Below, in pieces: positions 10,303-18,500 of a stretch of 64,000 bases of DNA. The position numbers and the translations under genes were made by a program. Each line of letters opens with the position of its first letter. Positions within the stretch are counted from its first letter, which is position 1. The notes below the pieces were generated by a model, which worked only from the letters and a program-made list of their open reading frames with translations, did no database searches and was not told the origin of the DNA. This DNA comes from Candidatus Eiseniibacteriota bacterium (GTDB lineage Bacteria > Eisenbacteria > RBG-16-71-46): NCBI GenBank assembly GCA_041483195.1, contig JBGPFC010000014.1:1-64000 (forward strand), written 5' to 3'.

Positions 10303-10341
10303 AGGAAATCGCTGCTCCATCCGTCTGAGCTACCAGGGCAC
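10303..10341 (-). pseudogene. tRNA-Arg(CCT) 5'-half remnant (att-like), anticodon loop split by the IS110 element
   Basis: Minus strand GTGCCCTGGTAGCTCAGACGGATGGAGCAGCGATTTCCT; D-arm GCTC/GAGC; no 3' half. Confidence 0.75.
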
Positions 10342-10433
10342 GAGCGGAGCACTGGGTTTGATTCACTGCGACTTCCGCAGGTCGGCTCCGATGATCGATC
10401 AACCCACGCCGACCCCGGCTGCTACAGAGCGCG

Positions 10434-10991
10434 CTACAGAAACTCTTTTCCAACGTTCTTCCAAAGCTCCCCAAGCAGGTCGGCCACTGTGATCATTCCG
10501 ACCTGATGCTGAGTTCCGAATGCGATCGAAGCTGGAAGCCACACATCGGGGTCTTTCTCGTTCACCCCGACTGCCCGAGCGAAAACTTGCCCGACCCTGA
10601 GTCCCCTCGCCGCGGTATCGTCGCTAGTGCGAAACGCACCGACATATTGCTCTTCCCGCGCCGACAGGTCACCCATGAATGCGGCAAAGGCTGGATCACC
10701 CATCTGCTCCCGATGCGCGTCCCAGAACCCCGCAAGCATCTCTTGTGCGACCGCGCGCATCAGACCATCGATCCCTTGACACGTCGCGATGATGCGCAGC
10801 ATGAGCATTTCCCTGAGCGTGTCGGTCGGATCCATTCCTTCCGCTCCCTCGAACAAATGCGCCGACTTCTCGGGGTCCGCCTGTCGAAGTGCGGACTTGT
10901 ATGCCAGCGCCCCGATGGACTTGGCTGTCAGCTCGCCCCTCTTTCGATCCTGGTTCAGAAGTCTCGGGAGTGCTCTCTCTGGCACGTTCAT
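10434..10991 (-). CDS. Hypothetical cargo protein (185 aa)
   Basis: GGAG RBS then MNVPERALPRLL..., starts 18 nt after the integrase stop. Confidence 0.6.
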   Translation of the reverse strand: MNVPERALPRLLNQDRKRGELTAKSIGALAYKSALRQADPEKSAHLFEGAEGMDPTDTLREMLMLRIIATCQGIDGLMRAVAQEMLAGFWDAHREQMGDPAFAAFMGDLSAREEQYVGAFRTSDDTAARGLRVGQVFARAVGVNEKDPDVWLPASIAFGTQHQVGMITVADLLGELWKNVGKEFL

Positions 10992-11008
10992 TCTGTCTCC
11001 CCGAACAG

Positions 11009-11563
11009 TCACATTCGCTGACTTGTCACCCGCTCCGCCTCCCGCCTCACCGCGTCGTCGCTCAGCCTCGCATAGCGCTGCGTCGTGACGATGCTCGCGT
11101 GCCCAAGGATCTGCTGCAGCGCGGCGAGATTCCCGCCCTGCTCGACCCAGCGGCACGCGAACCTGTGGCGCAGCTGGTGAACGTGGAACCGAGCAATCCC
11201 CGTCTCCCGCCTCACCGCTGTTGCGAAGGATCCCGGCGACTTCACCGAGAAGCCCACGAGTCGCCCGACGCGTCCGCGAATCTCCCGCAGCAACCCCGGT
11301 GCGACCGGCACCCGCCGTACCCGGCCCGATTTCGTTTGACTCACGACGAGCATTTCACCCTCGATGTCCGAGGCCTGCGCCCGCGTCAGCTCACCCCATC
11401 GCAGCCCGGTGCCAAGCGCGAGCCGCACAACGAATCCGTACGGCTCTCGAATTGCTAGCACCTGTGCGACCTCCTCATCCGAAAGCCGATCAGGCGGCTG
11501 CTCTTGGACTCTCGGCATGACTCGGCGCGGGAACGGGGAACGATCCAAGAGCCCCATGTCCAC
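11009..11563 (-). pseudogene. Tyrosine integrase catalytic domain, N-terminally truncated
   Basis: TGLRWGE (R), TKSG (K), HQLRH, LGH, QRY all present; N-terminal binding domains absent because the upstream cargo gene ends at 11609. Confidence 0.85.
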
Positions 11564-11608
11564 TCCGGTACTCGTCTCCGGTCGGTCTCGAATTCGAAGG
11601 GCCCACCA

Positions 11609-12703
11609 TCACCGCAGAACGTCCAAGAATTTCAGCAACACGCCCCGCTGCCTTTGAAGGAGTGGACTTGCGTTGCCTGGTACTTGAATGAGGGCCGCCG
11701 TCAGCGGGTCGAGTGCTGCGGAGAACTCCGCTCCGTACGATGCATCCAATCCGCTCCTGCGAAGATAACCGCGTACTTTCGCCGCCAGTCGCTCTGCGTC
11801 TGCTTCGCTAGGAGGCCCTCCGCCTCTGATCTGGCGCGCCAAAAGGGAATCACATTCCCCAACGAAGCGCCCCAACCGCTCTCTGATAGCCCGTAGGTGC
11901 GCCGGTTCTAAGGAGTCCTGCCGACCGTCTGAGGCAGCGCTAGGCTGACTGCGGGCTCGCAGAAGGGAATCCAGGCGTGTTGCTAGTGAATCTCTCTCAT
12001 GTCGCGTCACCAGCAGCGCGTCCGCAAGGGCCGCGGACTTGTTGCGCTCGGACTTCCAGAGCCCGACGGACGGAAAGGTGAGAACAATCACCGCGAATAG
12101 CAGCGCTACCCACTCGCGGGGCACACGTACGGCTGCCCAACTATTGCCAGCACGCTCCAGCGATTGGTGCGCTGCTACCACGACATCCGCTGCCGCGTCG
12201 AGCTTTCTCCCGCGCTCCTCCCAGACGGCTCGTGACTCCCCAGCTGCTCCCTTTACGCTCTGTCGTCCGCCTCCGATGTCCCACGTCAACTCCCCAGTCA
12301 GAGTGACGAGGTTGCGTGCCGCTTGGACGAGAGCCTTGCGCCGCGATTCGAGGACGCGATTATTGAACTCATGTGCCGCGTCGGTCCAGCGAGAGGCAAA
12401 TTCGTCTAGCGGCGATGTTACTTGCGCATGAAACGTGGACCCAAGATTGTTCGTCCGAAAGAACTCGATAGTGGGTCGGTACGGAAGTTCAGATCGAAAG
12501 GCTTCGAGAAGCACCTTGTCATGCCGCCTCGGATCATCGTCTTCGCGCCTTGCCCGGGATATCACGTCCAAGGCGAGGAATGACCCAGAGGCCCCCAAGT
12601 ACGCCACGAGAGTTTCGATTCTCGGAGATGCAAAGAACCAAACGGCAGCCGCGAGCCATCCGCCCCCCAGCGTCACGGTCCCGACAATTCTTAGAGTTCG
12701 CAC
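11609..12703 (-). CDS. Hypothetical membrane-associated cargo protein (364 aa)
   Basis: Hydrophobic N-terminal segments and an internal TM (WVALLFAVIVLTFPSVGLW); GGAGG upstream of the start. Confidence 0.6.
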   Translation of the reverse strand: MRTLRIVGTVTLGGGWLAAAVWFFASPRIETLVAYLGASGSFLALDVISRARREDDDPRRHDKVLLEAFRSELPYRPTIEFFRTNNLGSTFHAQVTSPLDEFASRWTDAAHEFNNRVLESRRKALVQAARNLVTLTGELTWDIGGGRQSVKGAAGESRAVWEERGRKLDAAADVVVAAHQSLERAGNSWAAVRVPREWVALLFAVIVLTFPSVGLWKSERNKSAALADALLVTRHERDSLATRLDSLLRARSQPSAASDGRQDSLEPAHLRAIRERLGRFVGECDSLLARQIRGGGPPSEADAERLAAKVRGYLRRSGLDASYGAEFSAALDPLTAALIQVPGNASPLLQRQRGVLLKFLDVLR

Positions 12704-12753
12704 TTAGTGGGCCTCCATCCGACGAACTGTGCGATCGACCGCTGCTCCTACCT

Positions 12754-12923
12754 GCTACGGCTTCGCTACGGTCTCAAAGTCCTCTCACGTCCAATGCCGT
12801 CCGAGCGGGACCATAGCGCGAAAGCGCCCCTCCGTCACCAACCCGCAAGGGCGCTTCGCATTCGCTTCCCGCGACATCGTCTAGCTCACTCGACTCAATT
12901 CACCGCAAATTCGCGCAGCCCCC
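12754..12923. repeat. att-arm-like region (homologous to 8704-8880)
   Basis: GCTACGG at 12754 and 12765, GTCC at 12779/12789/12799, hairpin aagcgccc...gggcgctt. Confidence 0.7.
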
Positions 12924-12963
12924 CTAGGAAACCGCTGCTCTATCCGTCTAAGCTACGGGCAAC
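12924..12963 (-). pseudogene. tRNA-Arg(CCT) 5'-half remnant (att-like junction)
   Basis: Minus strand GTTGCCCGTAGCTTAGACGGATAGAGCAGCGGTTTCCTAG; stops at the anticodon loop. Confidence 0.8.
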
Positions 12964-13055
12964 GCGCGGGGCGCTGTGGCGGACTTGCTGCGGATTACAC
13001 AAGGCACCTCTGGCATCTTCAAAGCCGCTCTGCGCGCGCATGGCTTCGGTGTTGG

Positions 13056-13520
13056 TCACGGTTTCGGATGCTTCGCCATGTACTCATCGTACGCACGCTC
13101 GACGTCGGTTCGGGCTACACGGCAGGTATCGTCTGGCACTACCAGCCGGTCGTGGCTGCCGGCCGAAATATCCCACTCCTCCGGGAGCCAGCCGATGTGG
13201 CACACAACCTCGCTTCTGTCCTCCCTGACCAGCTTGAGCGTGTACTCGGCATTCTTGGCCCCAGTGCGAGAGAAAGTGAATAGCTCCTCGGTGCCGGCTG
13301 CAATCCTCCCCACAGGCCTGAGCCGTCGATCACCCTCAAGTCGCCCACCCGTGATTGCAAGTTGACCATTGTTCCGAACCGTCAGTTCATAGCTTGGACC
13401 GACGGCCCATTGGATGATGGGAAACTGGCTCATGTACACGAGCGGAATACCGACGACGGTCAGGATCATGATGAGGAGGCACTTCCTCCACGGCAGCTTT
13501 GAGAGCCACACGGCGATCAC
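13056..13520 (-). CDS. Hypothetical membrane-anchored cargo protein
   Basis: 154 aa, N-terminal TM; GTG start overlaps the TGA of the integrase tail. Confidence 0.6.
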   Translation of the reverse strand: MIAVWLSKLPWRKCLLIMILTVVGIPLVYMSQFPIIQWAVGPSYELTVRNNGQLAITGGRLEGDRRLRPVGRIAAGTEELFTFSRTGAKNAEYTLKLVREDRSEVVCHIGWLPEEWDISAGSHDRLVVPDDTCRVARTDVERAYDEYMAKHPKP

Positions 13521-13661
13521 GGACGGATTCGTAAGGCCTCCTGTCTCACGACCTCATCCGACAGCTTCGCTAACCGCTGCATCGTCTCGATGCTCGCGTG
13601 CCCGAGGATCTGGTGCAAGGCGGCGAGACTGCCACCGCGCTCCAGCCACCGACACGCCAAG
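13517..13661 (-). pseudogene. Tyrosine integrase C-terminal tail fragment (copy 3; catalytic Tyr replaced by Leu)
   Basis: LACRWLERGGSLAALHQILGHASIETMQRLAKLSDEVV. Confidence 0.85.
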
Positions 13662-13907
13662 AGAACCAACCCGTGGAGTTGCCCCGATTCGGTGGACGGT
13701 TGAGGACTGCGGTTCTCGGTCGGCTGCGTTGGACGCTGTTTCGACGTGATCGCCCCCGACCTGGGAGTCATACCGGACCGCGATCGTGGCTGTGCGGGCT
13801 TCCTACGAAGCCGTTTTCAGGAGCCGCGACCGGAATCAGCGACGTGCCTCCTTTCGTAGTCGATCGGTGATGCGTAATCCAGCGCGGCGGGTTCCTTCGC
13901 GGGAGAC

Positions 13908-14270
13908 TCAGGCTCCTGCTGAAGGGCTCTGCCCAATCCACAACCGATTCCCATCTGGATCATCGAGGCGGAACTCGGTCATACCGTAGAAGGTGACGTC
14001 CAAGTCAGGGACGATCAATCCATTGTTCCGCACTTGCTCGTGATACTCGGAGATGTCGTCCGGATACAGGTAGACAACGGAGGAGCGGGGAACTCCAGGG
14101 TGAACGTTAATTGACTGATCGATCATCAGCCGACAGTCACCAAAGCGGAGCATCGCCCAGCGCCACTCATCATTTCTCTGCTCGACGCTGAAGCCGAGCT
14201 TCTGATAGAACGCGACGCTCGCGGGCATGCTGCTCACCGGCAACATGGGAATGAGGCGGTTCATCTTCAT
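13908..14270 (-). CDS. VOC/glyoxalase/bleomycin-resistance family protein
   Basis: SVAFYQKLGF ... TFYGMTEFRLDDPDGNRLWIGQ. Confidence 0.85.
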   Translation of the reverse strand: MKMNRLIPMLPVSSMPASVAFYQKLGFSVEQRNDEWRWAMLRFGDCRLMIDQSINVHPGVPRSSVVYLYPDDISEYHEQVRNNGLIVPDLDVTFYGMTEFRLDDPDGNRLWIGQSPSAGA

Positions 14271-14379
14271 GGGTACCCTCTATGATCGATTGGAGTTGCC
14301 CCGGTGGACGGTTGAGGACTGCGGTTGATCGATGGCCGCGCGCAGCGCTGTTTCGCCCTTGCAGCCCCCGACCTCGGAG

Positions 14380-15291
14380 TCATGCAGAAGCATGATCGTC
14401 GTTCTGCGGGCATCCTGGGAAGCCGTTTTCCTGAGGCTCGCCCCGGAGTCCCGCTTCGTGCCTCTGTTCGAAGTGGATCGGCGACAGATAGTCGATCGAC
14501 GAGTGGCGTCGTCGCGTGTTGTACCAGCCCTCGATGAAGTTGAACACGATCGGCTTGGCCACGGCCTGCGATTGGAATCGATGCTTTGCGAGCAGCTCGC
14601 ACTCGAGGGTGGCGAAGAACGACTCGCACATCGCGTTGTCGAAGCAGTCGCCGACCGAACCCATCGAGGGTCGCACGCCGGCCTCGCGACACCGAGAGCC
14701 GAACGCGATAGACGTGTACTGACAGCCTTGGTCCGAGTGGTGGATCACATCCTTGGGCCGCCGGCGAGCCAACGCCATCTCGAGCGCGTGAAGGATCAGC
14801 TCGGTCCGCAGGTGGTTCTCCATCGCCCAACCGACGATGCGTCGGCTGAACACGTCGAGCACTACCGCGAGAAAGAGAAACCCGGTCCACGTCGGGATGT
14901 AGGTGATGTCGGCGACCCAGAGCTTGTTCGGCGCATCGGCAATGAAGTCGCGCTTCACGAGGTCGGGAGCAGGCTGAGCATCGCGATTGCGGATCGTGGT
15001 CCAGCAGCCCTTGCGACGGCTCACGCCCACCAGGCCGGCCTTGCGCATCAGCCGAGCGACGCGGTTGTGCCCGACGACGAGGCCTTCGGCGTTCAGATCC
15101 TTCAGGATGCGGATCCTGCCGTAGTTCCCGTCCGAGTTCTGGTGGTGGATGCGAATGCGCTCCAGCAGCCGTTCGTTCGCTCGCGTTCGCGCCGAAGGTT
15201 CGCGCTGCTTCCACGCGTAGTATCCGCTGGAGGAGACGCCCAGCAGACGGGACATCGTCGTGATGCGGTGCTCGGCCTGATGGGCGCTCAT
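14380..15291 (-). CDS. IS3 transposase OrfB (DDE)
   Basis: WVADITY, HHSDQGCQY, DNAMCESFF. Confidence 0.95.
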   Translation of the reverse strand: MSAHQAEHRITTMSRLLGVSSSGYYAWKQREPSARTRANERLLERIRIHHQNSDGNYGRIRILKDLNAEGLVVGHNRVARLMRKAGLVGVSRRKGCWTTIRNRDAQPAPDLVKRDFIADAPNKLWVADITYIPTWTGFLFLAVVLDVFSRRIVGWAMENHLRTELILHALEMALARRRPKDVIHHSDQGCQYTSIAFGSRCREAGVRPSMGSVGDCFDNAMCESFFATLECELLAKHRFQSQAVAKPIVFNFIEGWYNTRRRHSSIDYLSPIHFEQRHEAGLRGEPQENGFPGCPQNDDHASA

Positions 15292-15611
15292 GAACCCGAA
15301 TGCTTCTTCGTGGTCGACTGCATCTCCTGCGCGAACCAGGCCGCGGCTTTTTTCAGGATCTCCCGCTCTTCACGCAGCGTGCGGTTCTCGCGGCGCAGCT
15401 GGCGAAGCTCCTCGCGCTCATCGCTGGTGAGGCCGTCGGGGCTCCTGCCGTCGTCGAGATGGGCCTGGCGGACCCAGTTCCGGATCGACTGCGCCGTGGG
15501 CTCGAACTTCCGGGCCAGCTCCTCGGGCGTCTGGCCCGCGCGCACCAACTCGATCAGGCGGCGGCGGAACTCAGGCGGGTACGGCGGTGGTGGTGCGGAC
15601 TTCTTCGGCAT
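15288..15611 (-). CDS. IS3 transposase OrfA
   Basis: YPPEFRRRLIEL HTH, EREILKKAAAWFA; ATGA overlap with orfB. Confidence 0.95.
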   Translation of the reverse strand: MPKKSAPPPPYPPEFRRRLIELVRAGQTPEELARKFEPTAQSIRNWVRQAHLDDGRSPDGLTSDEREELRQLRRENRTLREEREILKKAAAWFAQEMQSTTKKHSGS

Positions 15612-15690
15612 CGTGGGACCCTCCGACCCAAATGGTCAGGTGTCCACGAAACCGGGTCAACTCCACCCGCTCATGACCGCTATGGTCCGC

Positions 15691-16089
15691 TCAGTCGTCG
15701 ATGGTGACTGTCCACGAGTCGCCGTTCTGATCATTGGTCGCCTCGATCTCCCACGTCTTCCCATCAGCCGACTCTTGGGACTCGATGTCGAGGTCGATGT
15801 GTCCGCCGTTTGGAAAACGCAGCGTGATGGTGTCACCTGATTTCTCACAATCCAATGCGTAGGGTCCGTTTCCGCTTGTTGAATTGCTCGCCTCGCACGA
15901 ATACGAGCCGTCTTCGAGCTCAGTCGGAGGACTGACCTCTGTCGTTGACTCCCCGCCGCCCGCCGTCCCCTTCGAATCGCCACCGCAAGCGCCGACCAAC
16001 CCAGACATCACTACGGCCATGACCAGATTCAACGTCCAGCGCAAGCGCCTGCGCCGAGTACCGCCTTGCATCAACCCACCTGTGAGCAT
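15691..16089 (-). CDS. Hypothetical lipoprotein
   Basis: Basic N-terminus, hydrophobic stretch, LVGAC lipobox. Confidence 0.6.
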   Translation of the reverse strand: MLTGGLMQGGTRRRRLRWTLNLVMAVVMSGLVGACGGDSKGTAGGGESTTEVSPPTELEDGSYSCEASNSTSGNGPYALDCEKSGDTITLRFPNGGHIDLDIESQESADGKTWEIEATNDQNGDSWTVTIDD

Positions 16090-16217
16090 GATCTCAACGT
16101 TCGTCGCACACCGTTTGCCTCATGGAACGAAGTCCCGGACCTCCCGCCGTCTGCCTCGGCTCGGCCAAGCGGCGCCCAAGGCAGAGGGTCACCCAGGCAT
16201 CGCCATCTCCTCCGCGG

Positions 16218-17591
16218 TCATCCGCCGAAGTGAAGATTCACCAGCGGAAGCGTGCGCAACGCCCCCCGATTGTTCCTAGCAGTGTTGACGACGCCGATCT
16301 GGAGCCCGCGCAGCTCCCGCGCATCGTTCACCAACCCGATCGTCACGCCGCGCTGCGTGCCGGTGATCTTGTGATAGCCCGCCACCGACAAGCCGGTGAG
16401 GTCGCCGGTCGTCGCCAGAGGGGCCACCGCGATGCCGGTGAGACGGTCCCCCGCTCCCACGATCAACCCGGCGACGCTGATCCCGGTCACACTCTCGTCT
16501 CCGCGCACCCCGAGCCCGCCGACGTTGACGCCCCAGATCTTCGTGGCCCGCACGCCGAGCCCGCCCACGTTGATTCCGGCCATCGAGCCGTTCTCCGCCC
16601 AAGCGAACAGGCCGGTCGCCGTGAGACCGTACATGGAACCACCGTAGACCAGCAGCCCACCCAACTGAATGCCCCTCGCCTCCGCCGCCACCAGCCCCAG
16701 TCCGCCGAACTGGATTCCCACGGCGTCCCCCGTGGTGGCCATGCTGGCACCGATCAATACGCCGCGGCTTCGCTTGACCCCGAGCCACGTGGGGCTCACT
16801 CCCAGACCATCGAGCTCGTCCACCCAGATGTTGGCGAAGTCGGAATAGAGCAGCACGCCGATCCCGTGAATGGCGGAACCCGGATTCTCATTGCCGATCG
16901 CGGTCACGTCGAGCCCGTCCACCCTGCGAAGCTCGCGGTCGCGCCAGTTGAAGCGCAGACCGTGAACGGTCGGCGCGTTTCCGAAGCTGATCCCCACCTC
17001 CCGAATCGCCAGGTGCAGCGCCGCGTGGCTCACCGGTTCGGGCGGCGCGACAGGCTCCGCGGGCTGCGAGGGCACGACGGGCGTGGGATTCTCCCGCTCG
17101 ATTCGCCGCTTCAACTCCCACTCCTCGACTTCGGACTTCGCGAGCTGGAGATGCCACGCGGTGGTCTCGACCGTGTCCGCGAATGCGCTGTCGGCGAACA
17201 CGGTGATGCCGACCGTGTAATCCGCGCCGGCCACGATCGAATCCTGGGTGCAGAGGGTCCGGGTCCTCTCCCTCCGCTCGAAGGAGAGGCGCTGTTCACA
17301 CGGTCGATCCGCGAGCGGCGCGCTCAGCCGCACCACGGCCCACAGGGGATGGTCCGCCCGGTTCGACAGCTCCAGCATGATTCGCGGGTGATCGCCCCAG
17401 TCCCCGGACTCCGAAGCGCTCGAACGCAGAAAGAGGATGTTGGTCTTCAGTTCATAGCCGACGAGCGCGACCGATGGAGGCTTCGAGTCCTCGATGCTGG
17501 AGCGAGTCTCGCGGTCCTTGGCCGCGGCCACCCCGGCAACGTGCATCGCCACGACGAGAGCGATCGCGAAGCGCGAGGCGATGGCGCTCAC
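16218..17591 (-). CDS. Secreted protein with glycine-rich GxQxxG beta-helix surface repeats (LA_2272-like)
   Basis: Signal peptide; GIQFGG/GINVGG/GLQIGVVN repeats; C-terminal LPLVNLHF. Confidence 0.65.
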   Translation of the reverse strand: MSAIASRFAIALVVAMHVAGVAAAKDRETRSSIEDSKPPSVALVGYELKTNILFLRSSASESGDWGDHPRIMLELSNRADHPLWAVVRLSAPLADRPCEQRLSFERRERTRTLCTQDSIVAGADYTVGITVFADSAFADTVETTAWHLQLAKSEVEEWELKRRIERENPTPVVPSQPAEPVAPPEPVSHAALHLAIREVGISFGNAPTVHGLRFNWRDRELRRVDGLDVTAIGNENPGSAIHGIGVLLYSDFANIWVDELDGLGVSPTWLGVKRSRGVLIGASMATTGDAVGIQFGGLGLVAAEARGIQLGGLLVYGGSMYGLTATGLFAWAENGSMAGINVGGLGVRATKIWGVNVGGLGVRGDESVTGISVAGLIVGAGDRLTGIAVAPLATTGDLTGLSVAGYHKITGTQRGVTIGLVNDARELRGLQIGVVNTARNNRGALRTLPLVNLHFGG

Positions 17592-17600
17592 ATCGCCTCG

Positions 17601-18500
17601 TTACTTGCCCGGAAGCAGGGAGCCCGCCGTGAAGCTGAGTCCGACCGTCAGGTGCCAGGCTTGCAGCTCCAGCTCTCTCGGCAGCGTCGCGACAACGGCT
17701 CCGGGAATGAGTCGGCTCGGTTCCACCGAGCTGAACGCCACCGAGCCGAAGCGCACGTACTGATAGCTCCCGGCCACCAGCACGCGGTATCCGGGGACGA
17801 CGGCGTACGAGAGGAAGAGCAGGAACTCGGGCGCGAGCGTGCGTTCGGTCGTCACCCGAAACGCGAGCGTGTCGAGCTTCCCGGCGATCTCGTGGAGCTG
17901 AACGATCGTCCCCCCCGCAGCGCCGTACCACTCGAGCCTCTTCCACTGCGGCGCGAACCGGTAGGGGCCCAGCATCGCGGCCACGAACGCGCCGCTCATG
18001 GGGATCGTGGCCGGGAGCGGCGGCGTATCCAGCCGGTAGAACGACGACTGCTGGTAGCCGATCAGGAACGTCACCTTCCCACCCTGGCCGGGCAACTTCG
18101 ACTCGGAGCTCAGCGTTCGGCTGTCCTTGACCCGGCGGTGCACGGTGCGCGCCGGCGTCTGCGACGGATCGCAAAGTGTCGTGTCCATCGAATCGGTGAA
18201 GGTCCTGCTGAACCACACGCTGGTATCCGGCCGCCCTCCGAATGGGCCGTAGAAGATCCCGAACCCGCCGCGCCAGATCGGCCGCTCGTCCCGAACGCCG
18301 CCGGGCGCTCGCGTGCTGCGGAAGCCGGCTCCACCCCAGACCGCGCCCCCGTTCAATCGATCGAGGGCCGGCTTGAGCGCGAGGAGCTGCGCGTGCGCGG
18401 GGACGGGCGAATGAATCGCGGCGGCCAGGATCGCGAAGATCACGAGGCGCGCGAGCCTCGCGGGGGGTCCTCCACGATCGCAACGCCGCGCGGGGCTCAT
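17601..18500 (-). CDS. Putative outer-membrane beta-barrel protein
   Basis: Signal peptide (AHA-Q), amphipathic strands, ...WHLTVGLSF near the C-terminus. Confidence 0.5.
   Translation of the reverse strand: MSPARRCDRGGPPARLARLVIFAILAAAIHSPVPAHAQLLALKPALDRLNGGAVWGGAGFRSTRAPGGVRDERPIWRGGFGIFYGPFGGRPDTSVWFSRTFTDSMDTTLCDPSQTPARTVHRRVKDSRTLSSESKLPGQGGKVTFLIGYQQSSFYRLDTPPLPATIPMSGAFVAAMLGPYRFAPQWKRLEWYGAAGGTIVQLHEIAGKLDTLAFRVTTERTLAPEFLLFLSYAVVPGYRVLVAGSYQYVRFGSVAFSSVEPSRLIPGAVVATLPRELELQAWHLTVGLSFTAGSLLPGK

Larger units (their letters stand above)
8881..10304 (+). mobile_element. IS110-family element of IS1111 type (short left end, long 3' non-coding end)
   Basis: Sub-terminal IRs TGAAGCGGC 8887-8895 / GCCGCTTCA 10290-10298; AG dinucleotide at both junctions (8879-80, 10303-04); removal restores TTAGGAA. 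Confidence 0.9.
13674..15665 (-). mobile_element. IS3-family element extended to a distal right end, carrying a VOC passenger gene
   Basis: IRL ...gtccacgaaaccgggtcaactcca (15665); distal IRR tggagttgccccgattcggtggac (13674); CCCG flanks both (13670-73, 15666-69); internal IRR at 14291 has a 5-nt deletion. Confidence 0.75.

Noticed and set aside
10303..12963. Functional tRNA-Arg genes
   Set aside because: Only 5' halves are present; no T-arm or 3' acceptor strand
14291..14315. True right end of the second IS3
   Set aside because: 5-nt deletion in the IR and no target duplication; the distal end at 13674 fits better
5800..16089. Classical integron with attC cassettes
   Set aside because: No RYYYAAC...GTTRRRY palindromes after the genes, and the integrase lacks the IntI-specific insertion
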